In this document: piece after piece, positions 19,597 through 27,496 of the stretch
Numbering within the stretch: position 1 is the first letter of the stretch
Layout: every line of letters begins with the position of its first letter
Origin: Bryobacteraceae bacterium
GTDB lineage: Bacteria > Acidobacteriota > Terriglobia > Bryobacterales > Bryobacteraceae
Direction of reading: 5' to 3'
Length of the DNA stretch: 41,792 nt
NCBI GenBank assembly: GCA_035469225.1
Contig: DATIRX010000218.1
Coordinates: forward strand, 1-41,792
Position numbers and translations under genes: made by a program
Notes under the pieces: generated by a model
Told to the model about the DNA's origin: nothing
Databases searched by the model: none
Seen by the model: the letters and a program-made list of their open reading frames with translations, nothing else

Positions 19597-20336
19597 GGTT
19601 TTACTACCGTGCGCAGATACGAAAGAATCGCCCCCAACTCGGCGTCGCTATAGGAACCGATCACGCCCGAGTGCCGCCAGGTGCTGCCGTCTCGCGTTTG
19701 AACCGTCGCAGGCGATTCGGTTCGCAGCACGGGAGGCGAGCTGGTGAGATCGTAAAACAGCACCGAGCCGGCTTTCTTGCCGACCACCAGGGCAGGCATG
19801 GATTCGCTGCCGATGCTGACGGTGGAAACCTGCGGAGTAGCAAGCGCTTTTAGCGCCGCGGCATCGAAGGGCACTTTGGCGATGGGTGTCGCGACGGCGA
19901 TACCGAGCCCTCCGATCTCATGACAGGTCGAGCAGCGGCCAAAGCCGCGGACAGCGTCCGAGAACAGAGCACGGCCGCGGGCGGCGTCGCCTGTCAGCTT
20001 CGCGGCAGGTGCGCCCGGGGGGCCGCTGTTTGCTACGAGATTCGCAATACCGTTGAGGGACGCCACATAGGCCACCACGGCCGTGGCGTCCGCCCGGGAA
20101 AGCGTGGTTCCAAACGCGGGCATGGCCGTTCCGGGAACGCCGTTGCGGACCGTGTTGGCGATAAAGGCTTGATCGAATCCGCGGGCGGCAATGCGCGGCG
20201 CTCCGCCGTTGGTTCCCCGAGCGCCGTGGCAGTATCCGGTGGCGCAGGACTTTTGGAACACCGCCTCACCCTGCTTGACGATGTCCTGTGCGGGGGTGAG
20301 CACGGCTACCGCCAGAAACAACCAGCCGCGCTTCAT
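19593..20336 (-). CDS. Exported two-domain c-type cytochrome
   Basis: The internal ATG at 20336 gives the signal peptide MKRGWLFLAVAVLTPAQ. Haem motifs are CATGYCH (CX4CH) and CSTCH, with GTAMPAF as a candidate Met-ligand motif. ATGA overlap with the PQQ dehydrogenase stop codon. Confidence 0.75.
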   Translation of the reverse strand: MKRGWLFLAVAVLTPAQDIVKQGEAVFQKSCATGYCHGARGTNGGAPRIAARGFDQAFIANTVRNGVPGTAMPAFGTTLSRADATAVVAYVASLNGIANLVANSGPPGAPAAKLTGDAARGRALFSDAVRGFGRCSTCHEIGGLGIAVATPIAKVPFDAAALKALATPQVSTVSIGSESMPALVVGKKAGSVLFYDLTSSPPVLRTESPATVQTRDGSTWRHSGVIGSYSDAELGAILSYLRTVVKP

Positions 20337-22021
20337 CGCGATCCCTCCGGCAAGGCAAATACGACTAACGTGGACCCCTGGCGGAAGCTCTCTTCGGGAA
20401 AGAGCCCGACGGCCGCGCCTCCGACCAATGACTGCTGGAATCCGGTGGTCACCGCGATGTATTGCCGGCCGTTGACCGAGTAGGAGATCGAGCTGCCGCG
20501 GTTCCCGGCGCCGGTCTGGAAGCTCCACAGCTTGTTGCCGCTGCGGGCATCCAATGCGAAGAAGTTGCCTTCAGGATCGCCGGTGAAGACCAGATCGCCG
20601 GCCGTGGCGAGCATGGACGACATCAGAACGAACTTGTAAGGCAGACTCCAGATGCGCTTGCCGGTGACGGGATCCCAAGCGTCCACATGACTGTAGGTAG
20701 TGCGGTTGGGCGGGAGCTTCATGGGGAAATCGCCATTCATGAAGAAGCGGCCCTCGCTGGGCTTGGTGTCGTTAGGCGTGATGTCGGTGCAGATTTCGTT
20801 GGTGGGCGTGTAGAGAAATCCGGTACGCGGCGAGTAGGCCATGGAGTTCCAGCTCTTGGCGCCGGCCGCGCTGGGACAGAAGTTCTTCGTTTTGCCCATC
20901 TCGGGCTCATTGCGGCCGACCAGCTTGCCGTCTTCGGTGACGCCCGAGATCCAGTTGGAAATCTCTGGCACGTTGAAGGAGCTGAGAAATTCTCCGGTGA
21001 CGCGGTCGAACACGAACGTCAGGCCGCTCTTGTTCATGTGAACCAGGATCTTGCGCATCTGGCCTTTGATCTGACGATCCATTAAGAGGACTTCGTAGGA
21101 GGCATCGAAATCCCAGACGTCGTCGGGAACCTCCTGGAAATACCAGCGCAGCTTGCCGGTGTCGGCGTCGAGCGCGACCATGCTGGCGGTGTAGAGGTTG
21201 ACGTCCTTGGATTTGTTAGTACCCGCCGCGACGCGGTCGGCGTCGTAGAAATCCGCTGCGGCGTTGCCGGTCCCCCAATAGACCAGGTTGAGGTCGGGAT
21301 CGAAGGAGCCGGTGAGCCAGGGCGAGCCGCCGCCGAAGCGCCAGCTATCCCCTTTCCATGTTTCATGGCCCTTTTCGCCGGGACCGGGCACGACATACCA
21401 GCGCCAGGCCGAGCGGCCGGTCTTCGTGTAGAAGGCGGTGAGATAGCCTCGATGCGCCTGATCGCCGCCGTTGCCGCCGACGATCACCTTGTCCTTGACG
21501 ATGAGGGGGGCGCCGGTGATGTTGCAGCCGCACTGCTTGGGATCGTCCACGCTGACTTTCCAGACTTCCCGGCCGGTTTTCTGGTCGAGCGCTACGACGA
21601 AGTTATCTTTCGTTCCGAAGATGACCTTTCCATCGCCGACGGCGACCCCGCGATTCTGAATGAAATCGGAGTGGCTGCCGGCGATGCCGGGACGCACGGC
21701 GGGATAGCGGTACTGCCAGATCACGGTCCCCTTGGCGGCATCCAGCGCGAAGACGCGCGCGCCGGCGGAGATGAGATACAGGACGCCATCGGCCACGATA
21801 GGCGTGGAGCCGAGGTTCTCCGTGTAGTCTCCGGTTTGGAAGATCCAGGCGGGAAGCAGGTTTTTGACGTTGGATGTATTGACCTGATCGAGCGCGCTAT
21901 AGCGCCAGGAGAATTGCGTGCCGCCATAATGCGGCCAGTCGGCACGCGTGGGCGCGGCGTCCTGGGCGGAGAGCGGCACCAGGATCGGCGCAAGGATGAG
22001 CAGCGAGTTCAATAGACGCAT
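20333..22021 (-). CDS. PQQ-dependent dehydrogenase, methanol/ethanol family-like, exported
   Basis: Signal peptide MRLLNSLLILAPILVPLSAQ. Eight-bladed propeller W-motif repeats. Catalytic region DVWDFDAS. N-terminus reads DWPHYGGTQFSWRYSALDQVN. Confidence 0.85.
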   Translation of the reverse strand: MRLLNSLLILAPILVPLSAQDAAPTRADWPHYGGTQFSWRYSALDQVNTSNVKNLLPAWIFQTGDYTENLGSTPIVADGVLYLISAGARVFALDAAKGTVIWQYRYPAVRPGIAGSHSDFIQNRGVAVGDGKVIFGTKDNFVVALDQKTGREVWKVSVDDPKQCGCNITGAPLIVKDKVIVGGNGGDQAHRGYLTAFYTKTGRSAWRWYVVPGPGEKGHETWKGDSWRFGGGSPWLTGSFDPDLNLVYWGTGNAAADFYDADRVAAGTNKSKDVNLYTASMVALDADTGKLRWYFQEVPDDVWDFDASYEVLLMDRQIKGQMRKILVHMNKSGLTFVFDRVTGEFLSSFNVPEISNWISGVTEDGKLVGRNEPEMGKTKNFCPSAAGAKSWNSMAYSPRTGFLYTPTNEICTDITPNDTKPSEGRFFMNGDFPMKLPPNRTTYSHVDAWDPVTGKRIWSLPYKFVLMSSMLATAGDLVFTGDPEGNFFALDARSGNKLWSFQTGAGNRGSSISYSVNGRQYIAVTTGFQQSLVGGAAVGLFPEESFRQGSTLVVFALPEGSR

Positions 22022-22076
22022 CGCCCTATATCATACATACGATGAAGTGATAGAATTGCGTGCCAGAAAGAGCACT

Positions 22077-22889
22077 ATGAATACACTACGCCGCGGTCCG
22101 GCTACCGCCGGTATGCTGTTGGCCGCTGTTTTCACATTCGCACCTCATCCCCTTCGCGCCGCCGATGCCCTCACGTGGCAGCAAAAAGAGGAGTTTCTTA
22201 GCAAGGCTAAGATCGTTCAATCCAAAGAGGCCAAGAAGGGGGTTACGGGAACTTCCCGCGTTACCCTCACCGATGGGACCATTACGCACGACGCAAGTGT
22301 GCAGACGCTCGACGAGTCCAAGCCGTTCTTCCTGGGAGAGATCGGCTTTAAGGACTCCTACAAGTTCAACATCGCCGCATGGAAACTGGCCCGGTTGCTC
22401 GGGCTGGACGACATGGTTGCTCCTTCCGTGAAGCGCACGTACGAAGGGAAGACGGGCTCCTATACCTGGTGGGTCGAAGACGTCATGATGGATGAGACGG
22501 ATCGGAGATCCAAGAATCTGCAGGCTCCCGACGCAACCGTCTGGCAGAACGAAAACAACATCAAGCAGGTCTTCGATCAGTTGATCTTCAATGTGGACCG
22601 CAATCAGACCAATATGCTGATCGACAAAAACTGGCATCTTTGGATGATTGACCATGGACGTTCGTTTCGTACTCTTAAGACGCTCAAGGACGCCAGTACC
22701 CTCAAGGGAATCGATCGGGATATGCTGGCCAAAATGAAGCTGCTGGACGAAGCGACTTTGACCCGGGAATTCGGGCGGGACGTCACTAAGAACGAGATCC
22801 AGGGCTTGCTGGCGCGGCGCGATTTGATCGTCCAGTTCTTCGAAGGCAAGGGTTCGGGCGTAGTGTTCGGGCGGGCCGCGCGGAATTAG
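22077..22889 (+). CDS. Hypothetical exported protein with PI3K/PI4K-like (atypical kinase) catalytic motifs
   Basis: The ATG at 22077 gives a signal-like N-terminus, MNTLRRGPATAGMLLAAVFTFAPHPLRA. The motifs are FNVDRNQTNMLID and WMIDHGRSF. Confidence 0.6.
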   Translation: MNTLRRGPATAGMLLAAVFTFAPHPLRAADALTWQQKEEFLSKAKIVQSKEAKKGVTGTSRVTLTDGTITHDASVQTLDESKPFFLGEIGFKDSYKFNIAAWKLARLLGLDDMVAPSVKRTYEGKTGSYTWWVEDVMMDETDRRSKNLQAPDATVWQNENNIKQVFDQLIFNVDRNQTNMLIDKNWHLWMIDHGRSFRTLKTLKDASTLKGIDRDMLAKMKLLDEATLTREFGRDVTKNEIQGLLARRDLIVQFFEGKGSGVVFGRAARN

Positions 22890-22913
22890 CTTTTTCGCGG
22901 TAGTGCTAGCATT

Positions 22914-23345
22914 GTGTCCGTGAGGCTCCTGCTCTGCTGTCTGATGCTGGCTGCGCCCTGGGGCTTGACGGCAAATGAGATTACGGATCGCGCTGCCGTC
23001 GATAAACTCATTTTCTCCTTGAAGGATGCGCTCGGCCATCGCGACGAAAAAGCAGTGTCCAGGCTGCTGGCTTCCGACACAAATCGCGCCGAGCTGAGCC
23101 GGGCGCTTCTGAATCTCAATCCGGAAACCCCCGATTCCTCCGAAAAACCATGGTCGGAGTTCAGCCGCCCGGTGCTGATCATCAATTCCGTGCGGTTTCC
23201 TGAAAAGAACGTCGCCGAAGTGGAAACAGCGGCTACGCAGTACGGTTCCGTCTTAACGCGCAGCGCGATCATCGTCTTCCTGCTCAAGCGCGAGAAGTCC
23301 GGATGGAAGATCGAGTCCATGCGGGCGGGTCCGCCGCCGCGGTGA
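22914..23345 (+). CDS. Hypothetical exported small protein (NTF2/SnoaL-like fold suspected)
   Basis: GTG start and signal peptide MSVRLLLCCLMLAAPWG. The size and the C-terminal FLLKREKSGWKIES pattern resemble DUF4440/SnoaL-like proteins. The assignment is weak. Confidence 0.5.
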   Translation: MSVRLLLCCLMLAAPWGLTANEITDRAAVDKLIFSLKDALGHRDEKAVSRLLASDTNRAELSRALLNLNPETPDSSEKPWSEFSRPVLIINSVRFPEKNVAEVETAATQYGSVLTRSAIIVFLLKREKSGWKIESMRAGPPPR

Positions 23346-23953
23346 ATTTCGAAGCCGCGTTCATCAATGTGGCGCTGCTGTGGCTGCTGACGACCCCGCA
23401 TGAATTCGCGCATGCCTGGGTCGCGACCAAGTTGGGCGACGACACGCCGCAGCGGGAAGGCCGCGTCACGCTCAATCCAATGGCGCACGTGGACTGGATC
23501 GGCACGGTGCTGCTTCCGGCGCTGACTTCGCTGCTCGGCGCGGGTTTCCTCGGATGGGGCAAGCCGGTGAACACCAATCCCACGCGGCTCCGGGGCGGCC
23601 TGAACGGCCTGGCGCTGGTGGCGCTGGCGGGACCTGCCAGCAATGTGGTGTTCGCGCTGGTGCTGGCGGCGGTGGCCGTGGCTGCCGCCAAGGCGAGTCT
23701 GGCGGTCGCCAGCTTCGCGGCCCAGGGTGCCGAGCTGAGCCTGTACCTGGCGCTGTTCAACATGATCCCTATCCCGCCGCTGGACGGATCCAAGCTGCTG
23801 CTGGCGGCTCGACTCCCGCTGCAGGCGTACAGCATGGTGGCGCGCTATGGATTCCTGGTGCTGATCGTATTGATGGTCCGCACCAACATCGGATTTACGC
23901 TTTCGTCCTGGAGCACCGAAGCGACGCGGGCGATGCTGGGATGGTTCCGCTAA
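23342..23953 (+). CDS. Site-2 protease (M50) family small membrane metalloprotease
   Basis: HEFAHAW zinc motif and NMIPIPPLDGSKL. The GTG at 23342 overlaps the upstream stop codon (GTGA). The ORF-track start at 23303 is also possible. Confidence 0.75.
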   Translation: MNFEAAFINVALLWLLTTPHEFAHAWVATKLGDDTPQREGRVTLNPMAHVDWIGTVLLPALTSLLGAGFLGWGKPVNTNPTRLRGGLNGLALVALAGPASNVVFALVLAAVAVAAAKASLAVASFAAQGAELSLYLALFNMIPIPPLDGSKLLLAARLPLQAYSMVARYGFLVLIVLMVRTNIGFTLSSWSTEATRAMLGWFR

Positions 23954-23957
23954 GGGC

Positions 23958-24338
23958 TTACTTGCCGGCTTCGGCCTTGAGCTGCTGCACCAGCGGAATT
24001 TCCTTGGCTTCCGGCGAATCCGGCAGCGTTTTGATATACGCCCAGATGTCGGCCAGCTGCGCGTCCGACAGAACCTTCGCCGAGTACGACGGCATCTGAT
24101 TGGTGCCCGGAGAGCGCACGTATGCGGTGAACACCGGCGCCAACATCTTCATCGGAACCAGCCGCTTGCCCGGACCGTTCTGACCTGAAAATCCGTGGCA
24201 GGCGTAGCAGCTGTAATCGACAAACATTTTGCCGCCTTTTTTCGCGTCGCCCTGCTGTCCGTAGGCGGCCACCGTCAGCATCGCCAGGGCGGCCGCGGGC
24301 GCAAGCATTCCGAATACCAGCTTCTTCATAAGTCTCAT
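23958..24338 (-). CDS. Exported monohaem class I cytochrome c (126 aa)
   Basis: Signal peptide MRLMKKLVFGMLAPAAALAMLTVAAYG, haem motif CYACH, and distal Met candidate NQMPSY. The ATG overlaps the stop codon of the ThDP enzyme gene (ATGA). Confidence 0.75.
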   Translation of the reverse strand: MRLMKKLVFGMLAPAAALAMLTVAAYGQQGDAKKGGKMFVDYSCYACHGFSGQNGPGKRLVPMKMLAPVFTAYVRSPGTNQMPSYSAKVLSDAQLADIWAYIKTLPDSPEAKEIPLVQQLKAEAGK

Positions 24339-26239
24339 CCTCGCGGCTGCGTCACTACGTCGATCAATACAGGCTCGCCCTTCTTCACCCGCTCGATGCC
24401 GCGCTGGAGGGCCGGAGCAAGATCCTTCGGATCCGTAATGGGACCCTCCGCGTATAGCCCATAGCCTTTGGCGATCGACGCGTAGTTGATGTCCGGATCC
24501 CACAGCTTGGTCCCGATCCCGGCCCGCTCCGCGCCGCGATTGTGGACGCTGGCCATCTGCTCGACGAACATCACTTCCTGGTGGTAGCCGCGGTTGTTGT
24601 GCATGATGCTCAAGAGCGGAATGCGATGGTGCGCCGCAGTCCAGAACACACCGGGCGAATAGTTGAAATCGCCGTCGGTCTGGATGTTGATCGAGAGCCG
24701 TCCATATTTGCGATTGGCCAGCGCGGCCCCCACCGAAGCGGGAGCGCCGTAACCCATGCCGCCGGCTCCCTGGCCGCCGATGTAGTGATAATGCTTCTCC
24801 ATGTTCCAAAGGCGATTCGGCCAATTGGCGACAAAACCCTGCGGCGATACGAACGACCAGTCTTCGTTCTTGATCAGCGGCCACAGCTCGGCGGCGATGC
24901 GCCCCACGCTCACCGGGCTCGCGTTCCAGCCATACTGGAGGGCTTCCACATCCGCCTCGCGATTCTTGCGATGCGCCTCGGCAAACTTCGCGCCGCGATC
25001 CTTGAACGCACGCTGGCGGTCCGCGGTGATCAGCTTCTTGCAGGCCTCGATCAGATACGGCAAAGTGGCCTCGGCATCCGCGCCGATATCCAGATCGATG
25101 TCCGCGTAATGCCCGAAATCCTGGATATTGCTCTTGTGCGCCAGCGAAACGGAAGAAATGTGGATAACCTTGCCGTTGGCCGGACGCGCGGTGCGAGCCA
25201 CCTGGAGAATGTCCTGGACCTCCAGCGCCAGCGTGAGATCGGGCTGATATCCCGCGCCGCCGTTGCCTGCCAGCGGATGGCGGTTGGGAAAGTTCATGCG
25301 CTCGCGATTGTTGACCGGCGCCTGCAGAAGTTCCGCCAGCTCGATCAGGAGCTTGACACCTTCCGGAGTGCGGGCGTAGCGCTCCGGGATGATCATGGGA
25401 CGCTCTGCCGCCACCAGCATCCGCGCGGCTTCCGCCACCGCGCCCATATCGCCCGCCGGAGGCGACGTCAGCACCAGCTTGGGAATGCGCGGGCGCTGCC
25501 CTTCCATCGCATGCGACTGGATTTCGTTGCTGGCCACGATCAGCACGGGGCCCATGGGCGGCGTCATCGCGATTTTGTAGGCGCGCACCGCGGACTCGGC
25601 GAATGCGCCCAGTGAATACGGCTGGTCGTCCCACTTGGTGTAATCGCGAACCAGGGCGCCCAAATCCTGCGCGCTGTGGAAGGTCTGAACGCCGGGGTTG
25701 CGCTCGGCGCCATCGGCGTGATTACCCACCACCATATAGACCGGCACGCGATCGCAATAGGCGTTATAAATCGCCATGCCGGCGTGCTGCAGGCCGATGT
25801 CGCCGTGGATCAGCGCCATCATGGGCTTGCCCTCTACCTTGGCGTAGCCGTGGGCCATGGCTACGGCGTTCTCCTCGTGGGTGCAGGTGAGGAACTCCGG
25901 CATTTTGTTGTCGCCGTAATTGATCAGCGATTCGTGCAGCGATTCGAAGGTGGACCCGGGGTTGGAGCCGAGATATTCGATGTTGAGCGTCTTCAGCACG
26001 TCGACCATGAAGTCGGAGCCGGGGTTTTCGATGATGCGGGAGCTGGCTGCCGGGCGCGCTGCGCCGGTTTCGCGCGCCACGGCCGCTCCGCTGGGAGCCT
26101 GGGCGCCTCTTGGCGCCGGCTGCTGGGCCCTTTCTTGAGCATGGGCGAGTTGGGGCTTCGCAGCCAAAACGGCTGCTCCCGCTGCCGCACCTTTCAAGAA
26201 ACCGCGACGTCCGACGGAAGGTTTTGTGGACTTAGCCAT
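24335..26239 (-). CDS. Tat-exported thiamine diphosphate-dependent enzyme (acetolactate synthase/pyruvate oxidase superfamily)
   Basis: Tat signal SVGRRGFLKGAAAGAAVLAAKPQLAHA, catalytic-Glu motif THEENAVAMAHGYA, and ThDP-Mg motif TDGDFNY...IMHNN. Confidence 0.85.
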   Translation of the reverse strand: MAKSTKPSVGRRGFLKGAAAGAAVLAAKPQLAHAQERAQQPAPRGAQAPSGAAVARETGAARPAASSRIIENPGSDFMVDVLKTLNIEYLGSNPGSTFESLHESLINYGDNKMPEFLTCTHEENAVAMAHGYAKVEGKPMMALIHGDIGLQHAGMAIYNAYCDRVPVYMVVGNHADGAERNPGVQTFHSAQDLGALVRDYTKWDDQPYSLGAFAESAVRAYKIAMTPPMGPVLIVASNEIQSHAMEGQRPRIPKLVLTSPPAGDMGAVAEAARMLVAAERPMIIPERYARTPEGVKLLIELAELLQAPVNNRERMNFPNRHPLAGNGGAGYQPDLTLALEVQDILQVARTARPANGKVIHISSVSLAHKSNIQDFGHYADIDLDIGADAEATLPYLIEACKKLITADRQRAFKDRGAKFAEAHRKNREADVEALQYGWNASPVSVGRIAAELWPLIKNEDWSFVSPQGFVANWPNRLWNMEKHYHYIGGQGAGGMGYGAPASVGAALANRKYGRLSINIQTDGDFNYSPGVFWTAAHHRIPLLSIMHNNRGYHQEVMFVEQMASVHNRGAERAGIGTKLWDPDINYASIAKGYGLYAEGPITDPKDLAPALQRGIERVKKGEPVLIDVVTQPRG

Positions 26240-26283
26240 GCGAGTGAATCCCCCTGAGTTTGTTGGCGTGTGAACCGCTCACC

Positions 26284-26312
26284 ATCGTAGTTTTGCGGGC
26301 GGTGGGTGTCAA
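26284..26312 (-). promoter_or_regulatory. Sigma70-like promoter TTGACA-17-TACGAT for the ThDP enzyme/cytochrome c operon
   Basis: On the minus strand, TTGACA corresponds to plus-strand 26307-26312 and TACGAT to 26284-26289, with an exact 17-nt spacer. An AGGGGGA Shine-Dalgarno sequence lies 9 nt before the ATG at 26239. Confidence 0.45.
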
Positions 26313-26395
26313 GGCAACGCATAACGGATGCTCGGTCTGCGTGGGCGACGACCGAAAGCTTGCGGCTTTTCGAGCCTTCGCTGAAACGGCAAGCT

Positions 26396-27496
26396 CTAGT
26401 TCCCGTTCAACGGAAATCGCTTAGGATAAGCCCATCTAAGGTCGTCAGCGTGCTCTGGGGTCATCCGAGACTTCACGTCTTCCAGCCAGCCGAGGAAAGC
26501 ATCCATGTTCTCAACGCTGAAAACTTTGCATCCAAAGTCCTGTTCAACCCTGACCCGTTGGTCGTTCATGAGTCTTGCCATGGCCTTATCTGTAAAGTAG
26601 CCGTCGCAATATGGAGCGTAGGTAGCGGCATGCTCGATGTCGGAGAAAAACCCGGAGAGCTTGTCTCGTGTCTTCCTTGACGTGGGGTCAGGTTTCGTCC
26701 AACTCGAACGCAGGCTCTGTCTGTAGGCACTGAACAATCGAGCCGATAATTGCACGGTCGGGACTTCTGTAAAGTGTTGTGCCCTAAAAAATCCGCCGAT
26801 TACTGCAGGGTCCATTCCCTCCGCCTTAACTACACGCCACATGTCTTCCACAACCGAGGCCCTCACCGGTGAATCTATCAGGGCAGAAAAGTCCCCCGTC
26901 ATAAGCCGGGCGGTTTTGGTCGTATAGCTATCGATCAAAACCCGCGCAGTATCGTTAATCTCCAGCTCCATGTCGTCTTCAAACGTCCGGGCCTTGTTTG
27001 CCCATTGGGGCAACACCTTCAAGAGTTCATCAAGAGCCTGTTGCTTGTGCATGGATCTGCGGTCTACATCCCTCGCCGCGCTAAAGACGCTAACTGAGTA
27101 ATCGCCATCCCAATCGTGAACGCTGGGACATAACGCGTCACGTTCCTCTTTCTGATACGTCGCCGCTGCGTTTTCCAAGTAGGCATGGAACGCTTTCAAA
27201 ATCTGTATTTCTTCGACGCGCCAATATGGTTCGAAGTGATGGCCCCTGGCTACTCCCTGAATAAACTGCACCAGCGCGTCCCGATACTCACCGTTCAAAT
27301 CAGCCTCGGCTACATGAGTGAAAGAATAGGGAATCGCCAGCAACTGCAGGTCGAGTAATTCCTTCACCTTTGCCATCGGCACCGTCGCCCATTCATTCGC
27401 AGCACCTCCTCTCTGAACAGAAGAAAAGAAATTCTGATCGAGATATAGAATGCTCTTAAGCGTTTGATTCCCGAGCATTTGTTTTGTAACAAGCAT
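26396..27496 (-). CDS. Orphan hypothetical protein (366 aa) in a low-GC patch; split PIN-like motifs
   Basis: Long ORF with no recognisable family. Sampled 60-mers are 50-55% GC, against about 65% for the flanks. The motifs are ILYLDQNFF, SFTHVAE, and FSDIEHAATYAPYCDGYFTDKAM. Confidence 0.65.
   Translation of the reverse strand: MLVTKQMLGNQTLKSILYLDQNFFSSVQRGGAANEWATVPMAKVKELLDLQLLAIPYSFTHVAEADLNGEYRDALVQFIQGVARGHHFEPYWRVEEIQILKAFHAYLENAAATYQKEERDALCPSVHDWDGDYSVSVFSAARDVDRRSMHKQQALDELLKVLPQWANKARTFEDDMELEINDTARVLIDSYTTKTARLMTGDFSALIDSPVRASVVEDMWRVVKAEGMDPAVIGGFFRAQHFTEVPTVQLSARLFSAYRQSLRSSWTKPDPTSRKTRDKLSGFFSDIEHAATYAPYCDGYFTDKAMARLMNDQRVRVEQDFGCKVFSVENMDAFLGWLEDVKSRMTPEHADDLRWAYPKRFPLNGN

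Noticed and set aside
20165-20185. tRNA T-loop-like string GATCGAATCC
   Set aside because: It lies inside the cytochrome c CDS. It lacks the GG of GGTTCGAATCC and has no acceptor or anticodon stems around it. No tRNA genes were recognised anywhere in the window.
23958-25634. 558-aa minus-strand ORF from the ORF track
   Set aside because: Most of it is an Arg/Gly/Ala-rich shadow frame of the well-supported ThDP enzyme gene (24335-26239). Only the last 126 codons (23958-24338), which have a signal peptide and a CYACH motif, look like a real gene.
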